This document shows, one piece after another, positions 8,537-20,000 of a stretch of DNA of 41,833 nt. The stretch is taken from positions 1-41,833 of the IMG/VR virus record IMGVR_UViG_3300034411_000160; one strand, given 5' to 3'. The number at the start of each line of letters is the position of its first letter. The first letter of the stretch is position 1. The notes beneath the pieces were generated by a model. That model saw only the letters and a program-made list of their open reading frames with translations, did not search any database and was not told the origin of the DNA. Source of the stretch: a virus. Taxonomy: Duplodnaviria > Caudoviricetes. Made by a program: the position numbers and the translations under genes.

Positions 8537-9927
8537 CAACTTTTAGAGACCTTGTTGGTCATAACCCAATTAAGCCCGTGGTTGCTTATTCATGCTTCGG
8601 TGGAGGTTCCAGCTCTAGCTCTAGTTCCAGCTCTAGCTCTAGTTCCAGCGACGACACGCCGACGTTCGATACTCTAGCCGACGCAGCCGAAGCGGGTTAT
8701 CACGGTCAAGCTGTGAACATCACTGGCAAAGGTAGCCAGAAGGTCGAGTTCGCTGACAAGTCTTACAATGACAAGATGGCGGACGTATCTGCCAATGCGG
8801 GAAGTTCATCTAATAGCTCATCTAATAGCTCATCTAATAGTTCATCTAGCAGCTCATCGAGTAATGACGGCGGCGGCAACACTGCTCGTATGGATCTCGC
8901 CAACGCCCTCACTCAAGACGACGGCATGGAATACGTTAATGGCGTCCTGAAAAACGATGATGGTTCCCTCGTCACAGAAAATACGGCTTATCAAGACCTC
9001 GCCAACGCACTTACGCCCTTTGACAGTGGCGGGGACGAAGATGGCCAGCTAAATTACGACAACAACAGTCTTCGTATGGATATTGCTAATTCCCTTACTA
9101 AAGATGATGGAATGGAATACGTGAATGGCAAACTGAAGAACGATGACGGAACTCTCGTAACAGAAAATACTATCTATCAAGACCTCGCTAACCTAGCGAC
9201 ACCAGGTGACAGCCAGGTTTATAATGATGGCCAAATCCAGACTGGCACGGGGTTTGGTGATACACTTGATATAAGCTCTATCAACGCAACCGCAGTAGAC
9301 ACAGGAAACGTAGACACAGGAAACGTAGACACGGGGGCTGGGGATGACGACAATAAAACAGCCGCCACCGATACCAGTACCGATACCAGTACCGATACCA
9401 CCACTGATACCAGTACCGATACCAGTACGGATACCACTACCAGCACTGACACCACCACAACCACAGGTACGGGGCTTACTAACACAGGTAGCACTAATGT
9501 GAGTGCGGACTTGCAGGCCGAGATCGACGCGTTAAACGCCCAGATCGCTGCATTGCAAGCATCCCAAACTGGCAACACGATTGTGTATGAGGGTGCGAAC
9601 ACAACAACAAATACCTCTCTTCCAGATGATTATCTTACGGAAGCTGACCTTGCTAAGTACCTCGACAATCTTGACCTTGGGTCCAACAATTACGATCCAG
9701 CGGCATTTATGAACGCGTACGGGTTTGCCTTCAATCCTTCTTCAATGGGTAGCCTCATCCCAACATCAGCAAGCAACGGCGCTTACGTACGCCGAGCGGT
9801 CAGAGACAAGGACACAGGGGAAATTCGTTACGTCAACGTGCCGATTGGCATGGGGTCTCTCGGCGGTAACAACGGGTTGAGCCAGTTTAGAAACGAGCGG
9901 AGAACTGGCTTCGGTTCATTCGTATAG
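8533..9927 (+). CDS. Low-complexity repeat-rich putative internal virion/ejection protein
   Basis: 464 aa with CFGGG, poly-Ser, a duplicated ~45-aa unit, TDTS repeats and a short coiled coil. Follows the GNAT gene, as in podophage ejection clusters. Confidence 0.6.
   Translation: MTTFRDLVGHNPIKPVVAYSCFGGGSSSSSSSSSSSSSSDDTPTFDTLADAAEAGYHGQAVNITGKGSQKVEFADKSYNDKMADVSANAGSSSNSSSNSSSNSSSSSSSSNDGGGNTARMDLANALTQDDGMEYVNGVLKNDDGSLVTENTAYQDLANALTPFDSGGDEDGQLNYDNNSLRMDIANSLTKDDGMEYVNGKLKNDDGTLVTENTIYQDLANLATPGDSQVYNDGQIQTGTGFGDTLDISSINATAVDTGNVDTGNVDTGAGDDDNKTAATDTSTDTSTDTTTDTSTDTSTDTTTSTDTTTTTGTGLTNTGSTNVSADLQAEIDALNAQIAALQASQTGNTIVYEGANTTTNTSLPDDYLTEADLAKYLDNLDLGSNNYDPAAFMNAYGFAFNPSSMGSLIPTSASNGAYVRRAVRDKDTGEIRYVNVPIGMGSLGGNNGLSQFRNERRTGFGSFV
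8607..8649 (+). repeat. 18-bp tandem repeat encoding poly-Ser
   Basis: TTCCAGCTCTAGCTCTAG x2.4. Confidence 0.85.
8803..8862 (+). repeat. 12-bp tandem repeat (SSSN)
   Basis: AG(T/C)TCATCTAAT x5, with the last two copies degenerate. Confidence 0.85.
8887..9204 (+). repeat. Diverged internal duplication, 186-bp offset
   Basis: RMDLANALTQDDGMEYVNGVLKNDDGSLVTENTAYQDLANALTP versus RMDIANSLTKDDGMEYVNGKLKNDDGTLVTENTIYQDLANLATP. Confidence 0.9.
9295..9462 (+). repeat. 15-bp (VDTGN) and 12-bp (TDTS) tandem repeats
   Basis: GTAGACACAGGAAAC x~3 from 9295, then an ACCGATACCAGT-type array from 9367. Confidence 0.85.
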
Positions 9928-9937
9928 GAGCTAAGTA

Positions 9938-11122
9938 ATGGTTGTTAACATGCTCATGACGGGCCTAAGTGCCGTCAACATGCTCAGTTCCAATAATCGT
10001 GCGAACAAGGCTCTCGATCAGCAAAACATGCTGACCGCTGCCGAGATTGCTCGCAACGAAAAGATCATGGAACTTTACTCTCAGGGATCTGAAGAGATGA
10101 AGTCTGTAATGTCAGAGCTGTATGGCGGCTTCGGCACTTACGACGACGTGAGCGTTGAAAACTTTAAAGGTATGCGCGAATACTTTTCGAAGTCGCGTCA
10201 GCTTGACGAGTTAAAGAACCGTGGCGAAATAGACGACGAAGAAGCTCGCGATTTACAGATGCTCTTCAACTTGGAAAGTGACTTCCGAAACAAGTCTGCG
10301 AGTGTCCATAGTCAGGGCGAAGGACGAGTTTCTGATCAAGACGCTATCTTTGATTACAATGCTCCGAGCACGTACGACATGTCACGAGACATCGACGGTA
10401 TTGCTAGTAAGTTTATCAACGCACGTATGGAGAATGCGAGAGGTTCAGCCGACCGCATGTATTCAAAAGGCGCTGCCGATCTAATCCGTCGCGGGTTAGC
10501 AAGTGACCAAGGCGGTCAAGGACGAGGCGGCGGTTCTACTCTTGAAGTAGAGCTGGCACGTAGCGCAGCGGACTTCGAGCAGAAAGCTCTAAACGAAGCG
10601 ATGGTTGCGGGTATGGACGACGCTCTTCGTTATACGAAAGGTGTACAAGAAGCGACGGCAGGCGAGCAGATAATGAACCTTGCAGAACGTAACTTCGGTC
10701 AAGACCTGATCCAGAACGCAAGCAGCTACGCGAACGATGCAGTCACACGCGAAATCAATATGGGCAACTATGGTATGGATGTGTACGGCAACTACAATGA
10801 CGCGCGTACCCAAGCTATAACTGATCTTAGCTCAATACAGAATTTGCGTAACGATACTGCGCTGACTGACTACCTAACTGGTCTAAGCACCATGAACACA
10901 CAGTCAGGCGTATTTAACGATTACGTTGCGAACCAAATGACGATGGCAGGATCTCCGTTCAAGTTTGCAGCGGACGGCAATACGGGCGCTGGGTTCGGCA
11001 ATGCCCTCACTGCTGCAAACAATCTTACATCCACGATGGTTTCTAACGCTCAAAACGCTGGCGGTGCATTCGGTGACTACCTTGATAAGTGGCTTAACAC
11101 TGACAAGACGCAAATAAAGTAA
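9938..11122 (+). CDS. Putative internal virion (ejection) protein
   Basis: AGGAG RBS, 394 aa, helical and Ala/Gln/Asn-rich, with RRGLAS...GST. Position in the ejection cluster. Confidence 0.55.
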   Translation: MVVNMLMTGLSAVNMLSSNNRANKALDQQNMLTAAEIARNEKIMELYSQGSEEMKSVMSELYGGFGTYDDVSVENFKGMREYFSKSRQLDELKNRGEIDDEEARDLQMLFNLESDFRNKSASVHSQGEGRVSDQDAIFDYNAPSTYDMSRDIDGIASKFINARMENARGSADRMYSKGAADLIRRGLASDQGGQGRGGGSTLEVELARSAADFEQKALNEAMVAGMDDALRYTKGVQEATAGEQIMNLAERNFGQDLIQNASSYANDAVTREINMGNYGMDVYGNYNDARTQAITDLSSIQNLRNDTALTDYLTGLSTMNTQSGVFNDYVANQMTMAGSPFKFAADGNTGAGFGNALTAANNLTSTMVSNAQNAGGAFGDYLDKWLNTDKTQIK

Positions 11123-11132
11123 GGATACTCAT

Positions 11133-13961
11133 ATGTTCTTTGGCCTCAAAGAGATGTCCAACTCTATGCAACGAGGCGAAGAGCGTCGGAGCAATCAGAG
11201 AAAAGACAACGCTCGTTTGTATAATGAGTTCGTTAAGATGAACCCAGGCGCTTCCACTCAGGAGCGCCTCGACTTCGCGAACAAGCTCATAAAAGAAACT
11301 GGTGCGGGTAGCGCTGGGCTTCCTACGAAATCCCAAATGGAGGGGAACGTAAAGAAGTATAAAGACCAGCAGGCCAAGAAGGCTGCGGCTGAAGCACAGG
11401 CCAAAAAGGACCGTGAGCAAGCACGAGCGATTAGAGGACTTCAGAACTCGAAAGCTATTGGTGAAGCATTGGCGGGCACTTGGGGAACACCTGATTTTGA
11501 CGCTGGCCTAAAGGCACAGTTCGAAGCTACAGGTACAGATCTGGCATTGTTACCAAACGCCCGAAAGCAGGCGGAAAGTACCGCGTGGGTTTCGTGGATG
11601 AACAACAACAAAGGCTTAATCGACGCGTATGTTCAAAGCCCATCCGAAGCCGCCCTCGAAGCCCTTACCGCAGCGGGCGGAAACATCTGGCAGCAAAAAA
11701 TTACGGGATCATACAATCCTGTCCTTGAACGTTACTTGAGCAAGCAGCGCATGAGCGCAAATACAGATATTGAAGCCTTGCGAAACATGACTGACAAGGA
11801 CGCTCAAGAGGCTCAAATAAAACTAATTAAGCAAAAGTACCCAGACATTGCTGACGACTTAAATTTCTATGAAGTTCGTGTAGCTCTAAAGGCTGCTAAT
11901 GAAGAAAAGAAGCAGGAGACTATAAGGACAGTCGAAGCCGAAATGTTAGATATCGCCCGTACCGCGACTGATAAGGCTGACTATGAGACAAGGGTTGGCG
12001 TTCTTCTGCGCAAGTACAAAGACCAAGGCGTTGAAAATTTTGATGGCGGAAATGCAGCAGCAGAAGCTACGCTGGACAAAAGGCTCGCCGCAGAAAAAGC
12101 AGATCAAGCCAGACAAGATCAAAATAACATTTCAATAGCTGTAGACGGAGCTGATGCCCTAATCGAAGAGGGCGTTAAAAAGGGTCAAAACGCTGATGAT
12201 ATTGAAGCACTAATCGAGCAGCAGTTCAGAGACAGCAACGACGGACGCACTGTTTCGATAAGTGATGAAGACCGTGCTAGACTTGTATCCGCAATGAAGG
12301 ATGTCGCGTACACTTTGAATGCCCAAATAGAAACCGCAATGGATGCACGGTTGTCTGGCGAAGGTGCGGCTGAAGCCCTGCAATCTTCAAAATCAGAATT
12401 TATGAAGGCTTTCGTACGAGAGCTTGAAGCTAAAGGCATCACGAACACACAGGATTACGTAAACGAACTTGGCGAAAGTTATTGGGCGGCAGCGGAAACA
12501 AAGGTTCGTAATAGCCTTGATCAGAAAGAGGCCGCTAAGATTGCAGACGCTACCATTGCGATGGGCGACGGCAGCATTGCGAGCGGGGTTCTGCGTGGCG
12601 CTACGTATGACCCTGAGAAAACAAGAGAAGTCGCTCAATCTGCTTTAAAAATCATACCCGCAACTCTTGGTATAGAAGACGAAGACGTAGCGATTTCTAT
12701 GATTAAGCTGCAAGAGCAAGCGCTGACTGAGTTGCAGAATATTGCTGTCGGGCTGAACATCCCAGTGGATCAAGGTCTCGCTGATGCTTTCATTCGATCT
12801 CTTGGAAGTATCGCTCAAGCAGCGGGTACGGAAGAAGCATACCTTAATGAAGACGGAACATTGCCAGTCGATATGATGAGGTCGGCTTTCTTATCTGCGT
12901 TCCAGGCTAACGGTTTTACTGGTGAGTACGCAGAGTTAGAGGCAGAAGCATTTAACGTCGCTCTTGATGCCATGGGGTTAGCGAGCGTTGAGGAGCTTAT
13001 GTTCGTAGGCCGCGACCAGATGATCGAGTTCCAAAGCGAGTACAGAAATGCCAGAGCTGATGCTCGTACTGCTAACTTCGATATTATACGCGGCGTCACT
13101 GTCGAAGAGGACACTCAGCCATCTACTAACATTATCGAGAACGTCAGCCTCTTGTCTGATCGTGTTTCTACAACAATTCAGAACTCCTCAACATTGCTGT
13201 CTATCGCTCCCGAAGAGTTGGTACGCATCTCACAAGGCGGCGGCCCAGGTGGGGCGGGTCGTGATGCGGCGAACTTCGAGCAAAGGATAGCCGCACTAGG
13301 AAACTTAGAACAAGAACTTGTAGCTACTCAGGCGAGGATTACGTCCGAAGCCCGTAGACTAACATCTCTTCGCAAGTCTCCGATCTACACTGCTAACCAT
13401 GAGGGTGAGTTGGACACCATTAACGATGTCGGCACTCGCATCAACGAAAGCCTTGCTGCGGTCAAAGCGCAGCTAGAAAGCGTACGAGCTTCCCAACGAC
13501 AAATCGACGCCCGCTACCAGCAGGGTCAAGCTATCCTTGAGAAGCAAGCGCAAGACGCACTAGAGGAAACAGCGAGCCTTAACACACCACCTTTGACTTC
13601 TGCACAGATCGCAGCTCAGAGTGCAGTAACACAAGCTGATGAGCAAGCAGCAGCAGCGGCGGCTCAACGAGAAGCGGACGAACTTGCAGCTAGGCAAGCG
13701 GCACTTCAAGAGGGGCAAGACGTTGCTACGGCGGCTAGTTCTCAAGTCCAAGCAATCAATAGCGCGACTGGTGGTTTTGATGCTGTACTGGATAACCTTC
13801 TCAGTGACCCAACATTAAACCTAATGATCCCTAGAGGTGACGAAGAGTTACGGTTCTTCAAGGAAGACTTAATTGGGCTGATGGAAGAGAGTGGTAGAAC
13901 TATGACAGCCGATGCAATCAACGGAATTGTAGAAGCAGCACGTCGCAGAATGGGCCGATAA
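11133..13961 (+). CDS. Putative internal virion (ejection) protein, coiled-coil rich
   Basis: 942 aa, Ala/Glu/Gln-rich and helical, directly upstream of the giant gene. Confidence 0.55.
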   Translation: MFFGLKEMSNSMQRGEERRSNQRKDNARLYNEFVKMNPGASTQERLDFANKLIKETGAGSAGLPTKSQMEGNVKKYKDQQAKKAAAEAQAKKDREQARAIRGLQNSKAIGEALAGTWGTPDFDAGLKAQFEATGTDLALLPNARKQAESTAWVSWMNNNKGLIDAYVQSPSEAALEALTAAGGNIWQQKITGSYNPVLERYLSKQRMSANTDIEALRNMTDKDAQEAQIKLIKQKYPDIADDLNFYEVRVALKAANEEKKQETIRTVEAEMLDIARTATDKADYETRVGVLLRKYKDQGVENFDGGNAAAEATLDKRLAAEKADQARQDQNNISIAVDGADALIEEGVKKGQNADDIEALIEQQFRDSNDGRTVSISDEDRARLVSAMKDVAYTLNAQIETAMDARLSGEGAAEALQSSKSEFMKAFVRELEAKGITNTQDYVNELGESYWAAAETKVRNSLDQKEAAKIADATIAMGDGSIASGVLRGATYDPEKTREVAQSALKIIPATLGIEDEDVAISMIKLQEQALTELQNIAVGLNIPVDQGLADAFIRSLGSIAQAAGTEEAYLNEDGTLPVDMMRSAFLSAFQANGFTGEYAELEAEAFNVALDAMGLASVEELMFVGRDQMIEFQSEYRNARADARTANFDIIRGVTVEEDTQPSTNIIENVSLLSDRVSTTIQNSSTLLSIAPEELVRISQGGGPGGAGRDAANFEQRIAALGNLEQELVATQARITSEARRLTSLRKSPIYTANHEGELDTINDVGTRINESLAAVKAQLESVRASQRQIDARYQQGQAILEKQAQDALEETASLNTPPLTSAQIAAQSAVTQADEQAAAAAAQREADELAARQAALQEGQDVATAASSQVQAINSATGGFDAVLDNLLSDPTLNLMIPRGDEELRFFKEDLIGLMEESGRTMTADAINGIVEAARRRMGR

Positions 13962-13994
13962 AGGACGACTTAAACGGGTGCTCTCAACTAATCT
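13962..13994 (+). promoter_or_regulatory. Putative late promoter, copy 4 (AGGACGAC-N19-TAATCT)
   Basis: Fills the short intergenic gap before the giant gene. Confidence 0.6.
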
Positions 13995-14022
13995 GTGACA
14001 ATCAGGTTAAATGGAGTACCCG

Positions 14023-17000
14023 ATGAGCTTATTCGACAAATATCGTCCAGGTTATACTGGCGATGACGCCTCACAAACAGAATACACTAATCTCTCAGGC
14101 AGTGATCTACTGCGTGATCGAGGTTTTATTGATGACCTAAGAAAGTATTACGACGGCAAAGGCCAGTCGTTTTCCAGTACGTCGGAAATGCTCGACGATT
14201 GGTACACTGACAATCGTTGGAAAGACAGCAACTTCTTATCCGCTGGCCTAGACATGCTTGAGTACAATAACGCAGGCTCAGACCAAGCGTTGATGGCTCG
14301 TTTGTCTAAGGCGTGGCAGAACGCACCCACTCGTGGCACAACCTTCGAGCGGGTTAAAGATTACGGCCTAGCAACAATAGCTGATCCTATTAACTTCGTA
14401 CCGTACGCAGGCGCGGCTTCGAAAGCCTCTCGCGTGGCAAAGGTTGCACGGGCAGGCGGAGCTACGAAAGCAGCCGCAGCCAAGACTGCAATGAAGAGCG
14501 GTGCAAAGCGCGGTGCTCTCCTTGAAGGGTCAGTAGGCGCTGGTCTGGGCGCGAGCTTCGAAGCTCTTCAGCAGTCTCGTCAGCAGCAACAAGGCTTATC
14601 GGAAGGCTATGACGTTGGTAGGATTGCCACAGCAGGCGCACTCGAAGGTGTGTTTAGTAGTGCTATCGGTGCGCCTTTGGGTGCCCTGGCGTCTAAAGCC
14701 CCAGCACAACGCGCTCTTGAGTGGAAGGTTGGTACGCCACTAGGCGATAAGATGAATGCTCGCCTGATCGAGCTTAACGATATGGAGCGCATTGCTCAGT
14801 CCCAAGCCGCAGATGACACTCTGCCAACTGACGTGCGTGACGACGCTAAGAACGAACTTCTGGATATTGAAAAAGAACGCAGTGACACGCAGGCCGCTGT
14901 CAATCGTGCAGTCCAGATGGACAACGAGCTTGATAACAAAGCCACGGCAATAGAAACTGCCAAAGCAAATGGGGGTGATACGTCTGCTTTACAGGCTGAG
15001 TTCCAGACAAAGTACAACGAGTTTCAAACCCTTCTTTCCTCTACAGACATAGATCAGGTTACTCGCCTTTCGAACGCAGACATAAACGCCAATCGTACCG
15101 CTGAAGCACAGAGGCCGACAGAAGAAGAAGTTAAAAAAGCCAAAGAAACAGCCAAGAAGGCCAAGGAAGCTAACGCTAGTGGCGGTACGAAATCCGATAC
15201 TGACGATGCTACTGGCGATGCTAATGCCGAAGCGGGTGAAGCCGAGGGCACTACTGAAACTACTGAAGCGGGCGAAGGCGCGGGCAACAACGAAGCGCCA
15301 GCAGCAGAAGCCGAGCCTATTGTTCCTATGGACGTGCCCGATACGAAGGCCGTTAATTTTAAATTTACCGAAGGGCAGAAAACAAGCTGGCTAAAGGGCT
15401 TTGGCAAAAAGGGCGCGACCCACGCGAACAAAGTGAAAAAAGCTAACGAGAAGAACGGCACTGACAACGCGCCGATTACTGAAGATGACTTAGGGAAAAT
15501 CGTTGCTTCTGTAGAAAATGGCGTGAACAAGAAAGGGTTTCTGACCAAAAACGGTATGCTTGCTATTCGCGAGTTTATTGCGGCTCGTGAAGGCCGTGTT
15601 GTGACCAGGACAGCAAAGAAGCCTGATGAGGCGAGCTTCACAGACCCGAATGTAGCCGCTCAGAAGAACGCTAAAGAAGCGACTGCGAAAGCTAATGAAC
15701 CTGAGTTGGCTGAAGTATCCGAAGACGCCGACGACGCGTTCTTTGCAATCGTTGAGGCGTCTGGCTACTATAAAACGCTTCGTTCTAAATCTGTACGCAA
15801 CCACTTTAGTGCGGTCTTAAAGGCAGCGGCAGACGAGGGAACGCCGATGTCGGAAGATATGTCAGCGGCTATACGCCGCCGTATCGACCAGTTGGAAGGT
15901 GACGTTGGCGCGACGTACACATCTCTAAAAAGTCAGCAAGAGGTCGCTAAGTTCAAGAGCGGCATGTCTGTAGCTGCACGCAATGACGACTTAAAGTACA
16001 CACCTAAACGTGTAGCAGAGGCAACTCGTAAAGTTGGTGATGCTCTTGCGTTCGACAAGTACGCAGGCAGGGTATTTAGAAACTACACAGACGTTGCTAC
16101 TGGCGAGACCAGAACCTCAAGCAAGCTGAACAACTTATTCAAGGCTGGGTACGAGACCAGTGATGGTCGTACAATTACTGAAGGCGCTGACATTTTTCAG
16201 CGGCGCAACGAAACTCGTGAAGTAGCAAGGGCGCGTGCAGAAACTGACCTCACTATGGGTAAGTTAAAAGGCGTTTATCCGTTCCCCGCCCGCGCTGGGC
16301 AAGCAATTCAAGGTTCAAGGGTTCCTGCTGAAGAAGGCCAAGAAGTCTTTGGCGTGCTTATACACAATGAAAAGACAGGAAGCTCTCGTTTCTATACGTA
16401 CCCAACAGAAGCTCAGGCTCTTGACCGCATGGGTGTTAAGCGAGCAGAGCAGTACAAGATCGTTGATGATAACATCAAGGGTATCTCCGTACGCGAAGAG
16501 TTTGAGAAGCTGATCGACAAGGCCGAGGACAACTTTGGCAAAGATGGAGACCTCGATAAATTCGTAGACGAAAAGGAAACCCTTAAAGCCCGAGCACGTA
16601 AGGGCGGTCTTGAAGTAGACGGACCAGAACAGCAAAAAGTTGTTGATGGTCAGGGCAACGACGTAACGGATGTACAGGAATTGCCTGATGTCCCACTTAC
16701 CCGTGGCGACAAGATCTTAATGATCTTGCCTAAGACACTGGAACTAAAACCACGGGTAATGGCCCCGTACCAAGTAGATAATGGCGGCTCACTTGCGCGT
16801 CTGCTGGGTAAGCAGACGGTCGAGAATTATAATATCGGTTATGTCCCACGCGAAGTTGATGGAAAGAAAATAACCAGCGCAACAGATCGCGACAAACTCA
16901 AGAGCCTCTTTGAACCCTTAGACCAAGCCAATGATATTGGTGAACAGCCTGCACCTAAGAAGGCACAAGAGAAATTACCAGAAGCACCGCTCGACTACTC

Positions 17001-20000
17001 CGACGCGATGAATACTGTCGTGGATATTAAGCGATTAGCGTCCACCCCCGAAGGTAAGTCGATAGCACGTCGCCTTTATATCGGTGCCAAATTAGTGAAT
17101 AGCACTAATTACGCTGACACCCTTGAGGAGTTCATGGTATCTAAGCCGTCACTTGCGGACATGGCCGATATTCTAAAGGACATAGAGAACGCAAATTTCC
17201 GCTTAGATATTCCCAACAGCACTACAGAGGTTCCTTTCGGAAACCGCCTCGATGCGATTACTGCGTATCTTCACGTACTTAACAAAGAAGTGCCACTGGG
17301 CTTTAGGTTGCCTGGTCAAGACATTGAAAAGTCTATTGTCGAGCTTCGTAAGACTGTAGGCCAAATGAACAATTCGACATTCGCTCACATCGAGAGAATG
17401 TTCCGTGCGATTGCCCCGCAAAACTCCGCGCCTGCGTTCAAGCCAATCAGCGAGTACAACCTTTCAGGGTTTGTAGATGATGACGTTGCAGGACTGTATG
17501 CGTCCAAACCACTTTCGTACCAGGAAATGCGAAGCATTGGGCCAGGATCTCCTGATGGAGACATTGGGCCAGACTTCAACAACATATTCTTAAACTCTAA
17601 GAAAATGGATAAAGACGGTACGAAGACTGGTATCTCATCTTCGTTCGTTGTGATGCACGAACTTGGTCATTGGGCGTACATGAACCTAATGACACCAGAA
17701 ATGAAGTTAGAGTTCTGGCAGTCAGCCAGCAAATACTACGACCAAAAGGGTAGATTTGACGGTGGGTTCGTATCTGATCGCGTCGAAGGCACGTTGCTTG
17801 ACGCGTATTCACCGATGGTGCGTGACGGCGCTGATGTCGCTGGTCTCACGAATGCAAAGCAAAACCCTGGTGAACTTTTCGCAAACCAGTTCGCACTTTG
17901 GGCGCACCACAAGTTCGATGCACCAATAGCACCGATGAGCTTCTTCGAAAAAGCGACAAAGCTAATACAGAAACTTTGGAAGCACATTACGAACCGTCAC
18001 ATAGTTGACCCAGAACTTGAGCCGATCTTCGAGAAGATGATCGCGAGCAAGGATGAGGCTCTTCGCGTACGCTATACGATGCCCGTAGAAGCTCAGACTA
18101 AGCTGGGCCAGTCTCTACGAATAAGATACGATCAGGTGAGCAAGGCGGTACAAGACTTTGAAGCCGCAAGGGACGGCTTCCCAGAAATGCACGACATCGA
18201 AAAGATGGGTCTCGCTTCGCGTAGATTGGCAGCTACATTCCAAGGTATTGCCATGACGAAACGTGACCGTGCTATATTGGCGTCCCGCGAAGGTCGTGCG
18301 ACAGCAACGGATCGAGCTTTAATTGAGGGATACACTGGCGCATTCCAAGCAATCAAGGGCCACACAAAACTTAGAGGGTTTGCTAAACAGATCAACGAGC
18401 TTACTGGGTCTGTTGATTATGCCGTGGATACTGTGAATGATCAAATCCCCGACGACGGGAACTTCTGGGAAAATTTGGCAGCAATGGGTGGCACTAGCTA
18501 TCACCCCGATATGGCCAAGGACATGATCGCCCTTTGGGACGGCGGGCTTGGTAAGTACGCCAAGGGTAAATTAGAAGAGATCAATGAAGCCTATATGAAT
18601 GTAGAGTATGGCGACATTCCCGAAGCTAAGATTTCCGATGAGCTTCTTGCTACGCGCGAACGGGTCGGCCTCACTCCTAAGATGATGGAGAAGATCGCCA
18701 GCAAACAGAAAATGAAGGCCGCAACCAATCGTCAGCGGCGCAACTTCAAGAAGTCACTAGAAGCAATCATGAGCAAACAGGGCAAGTCCAATAAGGAGGA
18801 GTTCAAGGGTCAGGTTGTAAAGGGCACGAAGGGTGGAGATACAAGCAAGTATTCCCTCGCAGAAGCCTTGGCTGAGTACCGCCGACAAATTGACGTTGAC
18901 GGGAAGCCGACAGAGTTTGGCGGCAAGTTAGCAAATCGTGTTCGCCATCTAGTAAAGACAGACGTACAAGATATTGTACTGACCGAAGAAGAGCAGGCTA
19001 TCTATAATACTTGGCAGTCCAAAGAAAAGGTCAAGGGTGGTGGCAACAAAGGAAAAGCCAACGCCGTTCAGAAAGATGAACTTGCTCTGGGCCTAGCTTT
19101 CTCCGCAGACGGAGAGACAATAAAGGGTCTTGGCGCAACGCCAGAACAGGCAATGAATATAATGAAGAACCTTATTCGGACGCGTGCGGCTAATCGCGCG
19201 GCTAAAAAAGGTAGCCGCGAAAGCAACGCAGTCGAGAAAGCCATCATTGTTGAGCAGGCCCAAGACGCGGGTACAGCTTTCGAAAATGGTATTCCGCCCA
19301 ATGCTACAGTTAAAATGCGTGAGTACCTACGTGGGATTACTCATCGAGACAATCAGACCGAGCTAGTGTCCCGTACCATTACGGCCCGCCTTGCGCGACT
19401 GGGTGTGGAGAGCCTGCCACAGTCTGTTGATGCAGCTTCGTACGGTTCGTACCGTAAGGTCGTTCGTACGGTCGGTACGAACCTCGTACGTGGTGATGAC
19501 ATATCTGGCGCAGTATCTTTCGTAGGTGAGGCTCTGTACTCAAGTCATGCAGTTAGCCACTCCACTCGTAACGTATTTGCCAAAGCAAGCTCTGTACTCG
19601 GCATTCCACAAGAGCGTCTTTTCGCTGACGTATTGGTTGAGGCAACAGACCTCACTTCCAATAACCCGCAGATCAAGGCTATTCAGAATATCATGGACGG
19701 CGAGGACATGGATTTCTTTGACGACTTCATCGAGGAGTTGGACGATGAGATCATGGAAGCAACTGGCTACGTACTAAACGGACTTATAAGCAGCCTTCCA
19801 GCACGAGAACGCTTCTCTATGATCACTGCGTACGGAGATATGATTGGTTCCGCCAGTCAAAGAAAAGGAAGTCCACGCGCACGATATGGCGATAGTGTTC
19901 CAGCGGAGTATGCGATTGATCACGCTAATGAGATCATGGAAGACTACTCGATGGCTGGATATGAGGCTGTTCGTGAGTTTACAGGCGACAACATAGTACC

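Noticed and set aside
8607-9462. Tandem repeats as a CRISPR array
   Set aside because: The repeats are contiguous, lack spacers and are in-frame coding sequence.
10614-10621. Sixth GGACGAC late promoter
   Set aside because: It lies inside a CDS, is preceded by T rather than a purine, and is compatible with a chance Met-Asp-Asp codon run.
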